A DNA stretch of 64,000 bases, taken from the NCBI RefSeq assembly GCF_009914755.1, contig NC_060929.1, one strand, 5' to 3'. Position numbers and translations under genes: made by a program. The stretch comes from the human T2T-CHM13v2.0 reference genome, Homo sapiens. This document shows positions 47,501-64,000 of this stretch, one piece after another. The stretch's first letter is position 1. The number at the start of each line of letters is the position of its first letter. The notes beneath the pieces are model-generated. The model did no database searches and was not told the origin of the DNA. It saw only the letters and a program-made list of their open reading frames with translations.

Positions 47501-49428
47501 ACTGAGTCATTTTCTGATATGCTTGCTGAGGAAAAAGTTCAATTGATGGAATTTTAAAAATTCATTCATTGTGCAAAAAGCTGCACTCATCATTTTCAGT
47601 TGAAATTGGCCTAAATGTTTATAGTTCTGTTTTTTATTTGATTGGGAGATGTATATAAACCCATTATATTTTCTTCATTGAAGTGTATTTTTAAACATGG
47701 TTAAGATATTTTAGCACTCTGAGAAAACTTATTTTGTAATAAATTCCTATTAAATTTTCAGGCCTTCCTGAGTGTAACAGTTTAATGACACTACACATTG
47801 TTGTAGATTGTATAGCACACATCTTGTCAGTCAGTTGTAAAAAATAATTTTATGCACTAATATGATAGATTATGTAATTTTAATATAAAATTAATAATTG
47901 TTTAATGACTGCACCGTTTTTTCTGGCCTTTAAAATTAACTTTTACTTTGTATAACTAAATACATTTGTGTATATTCATATATCTGCTAATTTTAAACTT
48001 AAATTATGTCAAGTTTTCCTGTATATAGCCTGAAGACTGTGGTAGATCTTTCGAGTTAGCATAAAGTTTTTCAAAAATCTCTTTAAAAAATGCCTTATAA
48101 TGTCACACTTCTCTGAATTCAGGATGATAAGATTCAAATTGATACAAAGAAAGTAAGCCCTGTTTGGATATAAAATAATTGCCTAATGTGAAATACACAT
48201 GATTCAAACCAAAAAAGACTGAAGGCAAGAATTCTTTTTTTTTTTTTTTAAAAAATAGCTTACTTTGCTTTGAAAATCTCAATTTCTAGTCATATAGGTT
48301 TAGAATACTTGAGCAATAACTTTAAACATAGTATGAAAAATGAAAATATGTACAGAGGGTTTCATATGCTCTGGGCAACTCACCACTCTCCTTAACTAGT
48401 CACTGCAAGTATTACCCCTAAGATATGTTGGGCAAGATGTCATTATTTGTCAAGTGTGTCTCCAGGAACTGCTTCTCTAGGTAAAATGTTTTATTTACAG
48501 TATTAAATCTTTATCTTTCATAATTCTCTCCAGTATCTAGATAATATTAAAAATGATTGTATGTCAAATAGTATGTATGAAAAGGAGAATAAAAAGTTAA
48601 CTCATTAGATTAAGGTGGCATGATTATGGATATCTTTAAACTTAAATATTATAGTAATATATTTTAAGACATAAAAATAAACAGTCTAGCTGATTATATT
48701 ATTAAACACAACTTGATCAATGAGTTGTTTAAAATGCCTAATTATGGGAATTTCTATCCTGGAAAAGAAATTATAGTAACCAGATATATTAATCATGTTC
48801 ATACTTAGATTGAAGTAAAAAACAGCTTTCTCATAGAAAAAATTGAATGTCTGTGTAATATCACTAAACAAAGCATCCTTTCCATGCCAGCTGTGGGAGG
48901 TGTTACTTTTTACTTCTTTTTGGAGCCAGTATATGTAGTCTGCACAAAGGCCCATCACCTAGAGGAAAATTTTTTTTTTTCTCAATAAGCTACCAATTTT
49001 CTTGCTAATGCTTATTATTTTTACTTTTTTGTCAGAGTTATTGATAACTACATTTTGCTGGTAATAAGTTAATGGTCTAAATAACTATGCTAACTACAAT
49101 TATATTTGAGGTGATTATATTAACTATTATTTCTTATTTTTTTACTTTATGACCCAATTGGTGATACTATAAAACTGGAAGATACTCAAGAAATTTTAAG
49201 TGCAATTACTATATCCTATAAGTGGAGAAACTTTCTATTCAGAAATGTATAAAATAATGTCAAGTTATCAGGCAAAATAGCATCAGAATTGAGAGATATA
49301 TGATGAATTATGAATTATTGTTTGATGTTTTTTCATTGCACTCTAACATAATTTTTCTTTGACTTGTAGTGGAACAGAGTAATTTTTTTCTAATCCTTTG
49401 GTTTAGCTGTTGAGAAAATTAAACTACA

Positions 49429-49735
49429 TTTTTATTTATTTATTTATTTTTTGGTGACAGGGGTCTTGCTCTGTCGCACAGGCTGGAGTGCAGTGGAGTG
49501 ATCAGATTTCACTGCATCCTCCACCTCCTTGGCCAAGGGATCATCCTGTCTCAGCCTCCAGAGGAGCTGGGACTAGAGGTGCATGCAATCATGCAAGGCT
49601 AATTTTTAAAAATTTTGGGGGAGAGAGAGAGTCTCACTATGTTGCCCAGGTCGGTCTTGAACTCCTGGGCTCAAGTCATACTCCCACCTCAGTCTCCCAA
49701 GGTGCTGGGATTATACCAAGAGTCACTGCACCAGC
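49429..49735 (-). mobile_element. AluJ
   Basis: (ttta)n tail plus a diverged antisense Alu. Confidence 0.85.
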
Positions 49736-49874
49736 TAAAGTACAGTTTGAATCAACTTTGTAATGATATAAAACTGTAGAATCTGTGCATCTGCATTTGA
49801 ACTTTCTTTTTTATTTATTCCAAGTCTACCTATATTTACATTTGAAATGATCTTATATTTATTTTTTATGTTTC

Positions 49875-50150
49875 TGTACTACCTTATTTAAAATTCTTGG
49901 GACCAGATGAGTTTCAGAATTTAAATTACTTTTATGTTTATTTTAGGAAGGAATTTGGAACATATTTTAAATATTCACAACAACTCATAGTCAACTACAT
50001 TCATATTTCTGCTGCAAAATGTATAAATACTCTAAGTGGAATAAATAAATACCAACATTAAATTTACATGAGTTCTAGTCAGGTTTTGTAGTCAGATCAA
50101 TGACAGACTGTTTATCTTCAGAAATTTTTGATTTTAAAATTTTTATAGGG
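49875..50150. mobile_element. Tigger4/MER46-like DNA transposon relic
   Basis: ccttatttaaaattcttgggaccagatgagtttcagaattt at the left end and a loosely complementary end near 50120-50150. Confidence 0.45.
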
Positions 50151-50546
50151 ATTGTGTAGATGTGGTTGTTTTTCTGAAAAGTTTATATTTAAAGTGAGTA
50201 ACTAATTTAAAAAAAGGAGAAGTAAATGTACTAGAAGATCAGAATTTTCAAAATAATATAATGGCCAATCCTTGTGCTAAAAAAATTGCCGGGGTAAAGC
50301 AAATATTTCTTTTTAATTTCCCTTTCCTAATAGACCATTATTAGTTCCAAGTAGTTAGAAGAAAAGGCTTCAAATTCAAATGCTTGCTTTCTGGGGTAAG
50401 TCAGGTAACATAAAGATGTGAAGTGGTCAGATGATTTGTTGAATTAGAGAAAGGTAGAGAATTGAAACTGAAAAGAGGATGCTTGTCTAAAGACATTCAG
50501 TCTCTCCCTCTCTTTCCTCTCTTCCTTCTCTCTGTCTCCATCTCAT

Positions 50547-50549
<3 letters not shown>

Positions 50550-50594
<45 letters not shown>

Positions 50595-50605
50595 GAGAGA
50601 GAGAG
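50550..50605. repeat. (CA)n-(GA)n microsatellite
   Basis: Direct reading. Confidence 0.9.
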
Positions 50606-52906
50606 TGCCGGATGTGATGTCTAAGTCAGAAATACATATACATTGTAAGGAAAGATGGAACAGAATTTATTATGAAAAGCTTTATTTCACCTTAAGTGAT
50701 TTTTCACGTTTAGCTTCTTTGTTGTTGTCATTTACTTTTACTTCCCTAAACAATTTACCTAACCTATCACTGAATTATTCATTTTCTTCGTCAATCAGTC
50801 TTTCAACAAATAGTATTACATTTCCACTCTATTGAACAAATGTAAAACTCTGGAAAAATACAAATGAATGAGGCAGTTCATACCTTAAAGATGAGCTAGC
50901 CAAGATACAATTAATAATCAGAGGTGAGAGCAAGGTGCTGCAGGAATGCAAAAGATGTGTACTCAACTTAGTCTAAGGATGTCAGAGAAGCACTTGCAGA
51001 AGTGATGAAACTATGGTTGGAAGGAGAAAAAAAGTTAATCAAGCAATGAATAGGGTGAGTGTTTTCCAAGCAGAGAGAACACGAGGAAAAAATGCACTGA
51101 GTGTGAAGGAAGAGGTGTATTTGAGTAACTGAAGGGAATTCCTTATAAAAACAGCCTGGGGGTAAAAAAAAATTATCTCTAGTTTCAAACAATCAGGGCA
51201 AAATACAGCTACCTCAATTGTTCAGAATGTTTGAATCTTTGTCACTTCCACATTTTATCCATCCCCCAGCAGTGACAAAATTCAATACAATTTGAATGTA
51301 AATGATACTATTTATATGTCTGCTCTAGTTGTTTTCATTTGTTAAAACATTCTTTGAAATCCCTACACTCTGAGACCACAAATAAACAAACAAAACCTCC
51401 TCTGATTATATTTGATAAATGCATGCCAAGGAGAAACAAAAGAAATGCAATAATATATAAAAAGGGAAAACTATAGCAAGAAAAAAAGTGGCTAGTTCTT
51501 TCTTAAACATAATTTCAGAGTAACTTTACTTCGTATTTAAAAGAGAAAATGCAATTTTTATTACAATTGGGATCCAGTGTTATTTTATCATATCAATGTT
51601 TTAATTTTAATATAAACCTCATTGCACTTTAAAACACCAAAATAAAAGTCTAAGATATGCTTTAAAATGTTCATTTTATTGCTATTTGAAGCTGCTGCAC
51701 AGTAGCAAAATGAAAGAAATTGAATTAAACGAAATTATATATTGCCCTCATTTATTAAAAAATCCCTACAAATGGGGGAAAAATATCTGTTTCAATTGCA
51801 CCCAAAGTTATGATATGAAAACTATAACAGAGCAACAATATCTTGGAAAATTCATCAGGAGAAACTTCACACTGACCTGGGTAAGACTGCTAATTTAATT
51901 TTATCGTTTCAAGTGAAAGTGACTTGAAACCAAGGGAGACTAATTTGAACAGTAAGCTTGATAGCAAATGCCTCAGTACATTATGCAGATAATAACAGCT
52001 CCCATGTGGATAATAGAAGTTAGCAAGAGTACTGAAAATTACACTTTTTTTCTTGCCATAGTGAAAATGAACAGATATTGAATCTTATCTCCTTATCCAC
52101 ATACTAAAATAGAAATTGCTTTCCAGGTTTTACTAATTTTACTGACAGGATATTATGTGAAGGATTTTTTCTCTTATGCATTTATTTTGATTTAATTTAA
52201 AAGTACACCCAGAAGCAATATTTGAAAGTTATAAAAAAATCAGAAAAGGAAAATTCTAGTCATGTACACATCTATGATTTCATATGGCTTTATCAGCAGC
52301 ATTCATTATGATATCCAAAAATAAAATCTGAAGATTTCTCTTCCAAATGAGTCTATATTAAGCAAAAGATATTCTGCTGCCTCTTTGAGAAACCGGATGT
52401 ATCTGAAATTAATGTGAACGGCTAAACCACACACACAAACCTTACACTGTCAAATACCGTAAATGCCATTATGAATAAGTTTGAGATGTTTAATATTCGC
52501 ATATGAGTTTAAATTAGTTGAGTAAATTATACTTCAAATAAAAGTAAGACTTTCATGTCTCCAATATAGAGTTTTAAAAGAAATCAGCCACTGGGAGAGG
52601 TTATATAGCTACACACTGTGGGAGCCTGAAAGACAGTTCTATAGCACAGACCTTCTAAGAGCACTTCAGTAAAATGAACACGAGACTCACTCAAGTCTTG
52701 TGACTCTGAGTCAGTTTGTTCAAATCAGTCTCTTAATGATGTCTGATGTACTCTTAGGAGAGTTATCATTATGTTTATTTTTTATATCTCTAAGTTTATA
52801 AGATTTTGTGCTCTTTTTCTCCTTTTAGTGAATATTTAGTGAATATACTTACTATGGCATAATAGTCAACTGAACCCTTCCCACTGAATGTGATGATAAA
52901 GTCTAA

Positions 52907-53294
<388 letters not shown>

Positions 53295-54189
53295 TCTGAG
53301 CTCTGTTTTCTATCTTTCTAATTACCTCCTTCATATCCTTTTGGTAAATGACGAATCATATATACAGTCAGCAGCAGAGATCCTGATACTTCAGTGAATG
53401 GTAGCACTGAAAGCCTCATTTTGTAATTTTGCTTTTTAATTTGTCATCTTTCTTCTTAGTTAGGAGAACAGTCAAGTTTGCAATTTATTCTGTTCTTCCT
53501 TGATAGAAAGGAATTTATCTCATATTTGTCAGACTGCATGTTTGTTTTACATAGGATTTTACAATTTTTAGTTTTCCTTTCTTTTAAACACATATTTAGT
53601 AGAGTTTGTATTTTGTGCCAGGTTCAGTGCTGGGCACAGACAAGGTCTCTGTCCATATGGTGCTAATACTCTTGAGGGAAGGATAGGTACAGAATAAGGA
53701 ACCACAGATGAAGTTGTAATTTTATATTGTGTTGTAGTGAGATGAACACTGGTGGGGTTAGCCTTATTAGGAGGAGAAATAACTTTTAAATTGTAACAGG
53801 AGGGAAGAAGGATAGCATAATGAATGTAGAGGCAAGTGAGTTTGTAGGTGGTGGTAGCAGAAGCCACTTCTAGATTTTTAAAACTACTGTTCATTTATTT
53901 TTGTTTTTGATTGTTTTTTAAGACATTATTGTTCGGGCATAAAAAATGACTTTGTTTTCACTTGTATATTTTCCTTGACATCTTTAGAGTTCACGTCTAA
54001 TTTTAACATAAGTATTATTATTTATGTATGATTCCCTTATATTATGAAATCGGTATTTGCAAGTGCTAATTGAAATGAATATGTTATTTTGTCAGTATCT
54101 GACTTATTTAATTATATTAATTACATTTCAAGTCTATTTATTAGGAGAACTGATTTATAGAAACTTCCTTTATGTAAAACGTTGACTCT

Positions 54190-54541
<352 letters not shown>

Positions 54542-54654
54542 CTACTGCAGTTCTTTTCTTCTTAGAGGGCAGTAGATCTAGGCACTTTCTGCTTCGAGAG
54601 AAAGCTACATATATCTTAGGAACAAGGAGTTACACATTGGATATTGACGTGTGA

Positions 54655-55277
<623 letters not shown>

Positions 55278-55896
55278 GAAAGCAAATATTTTATGGAGCC
55301 AATATAAGTACTATTATTATGTGATTAGTCACTTAAAAATTCAACTTTAAAAATAATTGTTTAAGGTGAATATACCGAGCCATTTGACCATAAGGGACAG
55401 ATAATTCTGCTTTGTTCTACTTTGTTAAATAGATTTCTTAAAGCTCCCTTGGTGTTACTCATTTTGGTAATTTCAGATTCATATGGTTTTCATTCAGTTA
55501 TGATTAAACTATCTTAAAAGTTTTCCTTAGATTGTATATTGAAAATGCTGAATTATTGTAATTATTTGTAAGATTTTTATTTGTACACTAAAGCACCTTA
55601 GTTTATCTTACGGAATTGCAGTGATAGCTATTCTGAGTACATAGTTGATGATTTGGGACAAAATTGTCAAATAGATTTAAAGTATTTTTCTTTATTGCAA
55701 AAGAATTAATATAGTAACAAAGTCTAAGAATATAGAAGGCACCATCCATTCCCGCTTTTCAGAAGTAACAATAGTTGGTGGTTTGTGCTTCCAAGGCCTA
55801 TAACATAGGGGGTGGGATTAAAGAACAGAAATGGGGGTTATAATTGACCATATGTCATTTTGCTCCAGTCATTTTATTTTATTTTTTTAAAACCAG

Positions 55897-56030
55897 GTGT
55901 CTGCTTTGGGTCTGGATCCCTCAGGTGCCCGTTTGGTGACAGGAGGATATGACTCTGATGTTAAGTTTTGGGATTTTGCTGGAATGGATGCTTCTTTTAA
56001 GGCATTTCAATCCCTTCAGCCCTGTGAGTG
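55897..56030 (+). pseudogene. WDR70: Isolated WDR70-like internal exon (WD40 repeat), probably part of a partial duplicated copy
   Basis: Has a T-rich tract with ccag| acceptor and a |gtatgc donor. The 134 nt translate as VSALGLDPSGARLVTGGYDSDVKFWDFAGMDASFKAFQSLQPCE, which I recognise as WDR70 (recalled reference ...GGYDYDVKF...AFRSLQPCE). No preceding WDR70 exon was recognised in the 55 kb upstream. Confidence 0.85.
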
Positions 56031-56228
56031 GTATGCATTCACTTACTTAATATCTTCATATTTGACTTAGTATCTTCACATTGGAAGACAGTGCTATTGG
56101 CTTTGGAATCCCATCTACAAGGATTTGTATCAAAATACATTATGTTTATATGACTGTATACTGCCTTCATAATTTAAATGAAGTAAAATGAGCCTTACAT
56201 TTCTTTTGTTTCATAAACTTATATTTTA

Positions 56229-56844
<616 letters not shown>

Positions 56845-56945
56845 TTAAAACATTCCAATTAATCCCGAGAAATGAGAAATTAACATATGGTAAGCCATTA
56901 ACCAGGTACCAGTCCATTTTGTACTGTTTAGGTATGGTCGGCTAG

Positions 56946-57311
<366 letters not shown>

Positions 57312-57387
57312 CATAAGCCACTCTCTTTTCTGTTTTTGACCATATCTGATCTTTTGGCATATTGCTTTCTTTTGGTATCATTTAACT

Positions 57388-57740
57388 CAGTGGTCCCCAA
57401 TCTTTTTTGCACCAGTGCCTGGTTTTGTGGAAGACAATTTTTCCATGGACTAGGGGTAGCGTGGAGGTCGGGGTGGTGGGATGGTTTCCGGATGAAACTG
57501 TTCTATCTCAGATCATCAGGCATTAGATTCTAATATGGATTGTGCAACCTAGAGATCCCTCGCATGTGCATTTCACAATAGGGTTCGTACTCCTACGAGA
57601 ATTGAATGCCATTGTTGATCTGACAGGAGCCGGAGCTCAGGTGATAATGCTTGCCCACCCTCCCAACACCTGCTGTGCACCTGCTTCCTAACAGGCCATA
57701 GAATGATACCAGTCCATGGCCTGGGCTTTGGGGACTCCTG
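57388..57740 (+). mobile_element. MER1B (hAT-Charlie MITE)
   Basis: Terminal inverted repeats cagtggtccccaa / ttggggactcctg and 8-bp TSD atttaact/acttaact. Internal gtggaagacaatttttccatggac and cagatcatcaggcattagattct. Confidence 0.9.
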
Positions 57741-58127
57741 ACTTAACTTGTTTCTTTACCTCCTCTCCAATATTTCCTGTGGAATATCAAAGGCTTTCTC
57801 AGAATTATATTGTATCACTTCAGATGGCATGTATTGTCTAGTTGTTTCACTGTTAGTGACTAGAAATTAAGGTAAATCCCTGGATTAAGATAGTGACGTC
57901 TGATTCCTTCATTGTAAAGTTAATATTTTATACTTGAGATAGGTAAGAACTTCGTAGAGAGATAGTTTGGTACTATGTAACTATCCAGATACTCATCATT
58001 CTTTCACTTAATGAGCTTAGTGTCCATTGATGATTTCTTCCTGAATCGGTTATGTCACCGAGGGCTACAAATTGGTGATTTTCCTATTCTGTTATTTCAT
58101 CTGCCTTTATTACCTGGCATCTTCTTA

Positions 58128-60610
<2,483 letters not shown>

Positions 60611-61024
60611 AAAGAAAAACTTTTCCTCATTAACTGATGTTATTTGGTTACCCTGAAATATAGTTACTACTGAAGAGGCAGGATAAAAGCTTAGTTATCT
60701 TTCTTTAATTGCCCATTTTTAGCTTAAGGGCTGGTGGTGATAAATGAGTTGTTTCTGTTATTGGTGATGATTTCTTTTTCTTTTTTGAGTATCGGTCTTT
60801 ACGATTTTTAAATTTTCATGTTTCAGTCAATTGCAGTCATTATTCTTTTTGATGTTTAAATTGTCCTAGATTTGTCTAGTAGGAGTCCTTGATTGCTGTA
60901 TAATTTTGACATGACCTTATTAGTCTTTAAAACTTTCTTGGTTTCTGGCACAATATGATGTAGGCTTCCTGTTACATTCCTTTCCAAGTCCTGGAATCAG
61001 TACTTCGCTGAGTAGCCCAGTATC

Positions 61025-61175
61025 ATCCAGTATGGTAGTCACTCATCACATGGGGTTACTGAATACTTGAAATGTGTTTAGTAATTCTAAGGAACTGAAA
61101 TTTCTTAAAATCGAATTTTAATTAAAATGTAAATAACTACACGTGGCTAGGTAGCTGCTGTATTGGATAGTGCAT
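61025..61175. mobile_element. MER3/MER33-like hAT MITE
   Basis: Inverted ends tccagtatggtagtcact...cacatgg / acgtggctaggtagctgctgtattgga. Confidence 0.6.
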
Positions 61176-61342
61176 ATCTTGAGCCTCCCTTTAAGTGGCC
61201 AAACCCAGTACACACAGACTACCATGGTAGATAACAAGGTACCTCTAGACATAAAAATATGTGACTTAAGTTCAAAAACAGGAATACTACCACCAAAAAC
61301 TCACTAAAGTTTAATGCAGATTTTTAAATGAAGAAAAAGTGA

Positions 61343-61667
<325 letters not shown>

Positions 61668-61907
61668 TGAAACATATGTATTTTTATATTTATTTTCCCC
61701 TTCAATTTCATTCTCTTAATTTTGTTGGATCATTGTTCTAGTTTCTGATTGTAACACCCAATGTGTATGTTAATGATCACTGCTTGTGTTTTGCCAATTG
61801 CAAATTTGGTGAATGTACAGTAAATTCTCATTCAGCTGATACCTGTGGAATATGGGAGGGTCAAACTCTCATATGCCATTAGAAGCCTTTCTTTATTTTG
61901 ACACTGA

Positions 61908-62313
<406 letters not shown>

Positions 62314-62810
62314 TGATCTGTATTATTCCTATATTATCCACAAAGATAACTTGAGGGAGTTTGTTGACTGTCTTGAAGATGTGGAAACATAGTATGATGT
62401 TTTCAAACCGTCTCCTCACCTGGAATAGCAAACATCAGAATTTGTCTGAGATCCAACAGACAGCATCATGGTGAGTAAGTGGATATCAAAGAGGCAGTCA
62501 CACACAAAGAACGCCCCCATAGCTATTCAGGAAGGGAGATAGAAGTCCAAGTCTAGGAGTGAAGCTGAGGTAAATAAAGTATTCTGGATTTTGGGCATCT
62601 CTGACGAATTTCTCCAGAAGAGCTCTTTGGTGCTGTAGTATTCTTAGCTTGTTTCTCACTCACCTAGCACACTTTAAAAAGACTGACGTTAGGTGTTTTT
62701 TTCTTGGTCTACCAGTATAAAAATTGAATTTTAAAAAAAGCTTTTCTTTTGTTGTTAAGCACAGTTTATTATTTGATATACATTATTTACCTGAATATAT
62801 TTTTCCTTCT

Positions 62811-63322
62811 TGCCGAGACCAGCTCTGTCAGGGAGACCCTAACCCAGTGGCGCTAGAGGAATTAAAGATGCACACACAGAAATATAGAGGTATGAAGTGG
62901 GAAATCAGCGGTCTCACAGCCTTCAGAGCTGAGAGCCCCAAACAGAGATTTACCCACATATTTATTAACAGCAAGCCAGTCATTAGCATTGTTTCTGTAG
63001 ATATTCGATTAACTAAAAGTATCCCTTATGGGAAACGAAGGGATGGGCCGAAATAAAGGGATGGGTTGGGCTTGTTATCTGCAGCAGGAGCACGTCCTTA
63101 AGGCACAGATCGCTGATGCTATTGTTTGTGGTTTAAGAATGCCTTTAAGCAGTTTTCCGCCCTGGGCGGGCCTGGTGTTCCTTGCCCTCATTCGGGTAAA
63201 CCCACAACCTTCCAGCATGGGCATTATGGCCATCAGGAACATGTCACAGTGCTGCAGAGATTTGTTTATGGCCAGTTTTGGGGCTAGTTTATGGCCAGAT
63301 TTTGGGGGGCCTGTTCCCAACA
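62811..63322 (-). mobile_element. MER9 solo LTR (HERV-K HML-3 / HERVK9)
   Basis: The reverse complement starts tgttgggaacaggccccccaaaatctggccataaac. 512 bp with TG...CA ends and a perfect 6-bp TSD ccttct. Confidence 0.92.
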
Positions 63323-63439
63323 CCTTCTCTTTGACATTTTCATGGTAAAATTATGTAAACTGTCTGTAATAGCCTTTTACTTAATTTCCTGGTTTTTGCT
63401 TCCCTCTGTAACTGTCATCAAGTTACATAATTTTAAAAT

Positions 63440-63720
63440 TTTATCTTATTAAGATCCAGTGACCTTCTTTTGAGTCATGTCTCAGCTCAGATGTCAGCTC
63501 CTCAAAGAGACCTTTCCTCACCATACTGTCAAAAGTAGCTCCTCTCCCACCTCTCCACTACCACCCACTCTACCCATTACCCTGATTTATTTCTTTTGTA
63601 GCACTTATAACAATCAGAAATGATGTGTTTTTCACATTTGTTTACTTCTATTCCATCACCTAAAACAGTGTTTGGGATATACTTGGAACTTATTATTCAT
63701 TAAATAAGTCATACAATAAT
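63440..63720. mobile_element. L2 3' relic
   Basis: tctcagctcagatgtcagctcctcaaagagacctttcct...tttcttttgtagcacttat. Confidence 0.6.
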
Positions 63721-64000
63721 AGTGTTTCATATTTTTTTTCAGTAGTTTTCTGTTGAGAAATAGAGCAGACGGCTATTTTCAGCAAGGTGTACCCACCTTT
63801 TGGAAAAGAAAGGAAGCATAAGGATTTCTTTTTCTGGAAGATCTGAAATCCTTGGCTTAAACCCTATCAGTTCAGGGCAAGTAAGGAACAGTTTTTGAAA
63901 TCACTGGCTCTGCACTGTAAGTGACACCTTGAGCTACAGGCTTAAGGCTGATATGTTTAGCTTTTTTTAAAAAAATAAAAATATGTATTCTGAAGATAAT

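Noticed and set aside
52682-52713. gactca...tgagtca inverted repeat with an AP-1 site
   Set aside because: A single 7-mer and short stem are expected by chance in 64 kb.
62724-63348. ORFs of 82-110 aa
   Set aside because: They fall within the MER9 LTR; non-coding.

Overview
Primate (probably great-ape or human) genomic DNA: AT-rich, gene-poor and dominated by interspersed repeats. These include about 19 Alus, young to ancient L1s, MaLR/ERV solo LTRs, Ricksha and MER1B DNA transposons, and L2/MIR relics. Nearly all ORFs in the track are L1 ORF2 fragments, Alu translations or chance ORFs. The only cellular coding sequence I recognise is one 134-nt WDR70-like exon (55897-56030). Its upstream neighbour exons are not visible, which suggests a partial duplicated copy joined to unrelated AT-rich DNA near 52-53 kb. 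The most unusual structure is a young head-to-head L1 insertion (about 10.7-13.85 kb) with a poly(A) tail at both ends. It forms a roughly 1.05-kb inverted repeat whose arms share private variants. Also notable are three twin-primed L1s, a small polyadenylated non-L1 insert nested in an L1PB, an unexplained GC-richer segment interrupted by Ricksha, a 186-bp tandem duplication and local templated-insertion scars. I found no CRISPR array, RNA gene or novel multi-gene system. Repeat subfamily calls are from memory of consensus sequences, and old-repeat boundaries are approximate.
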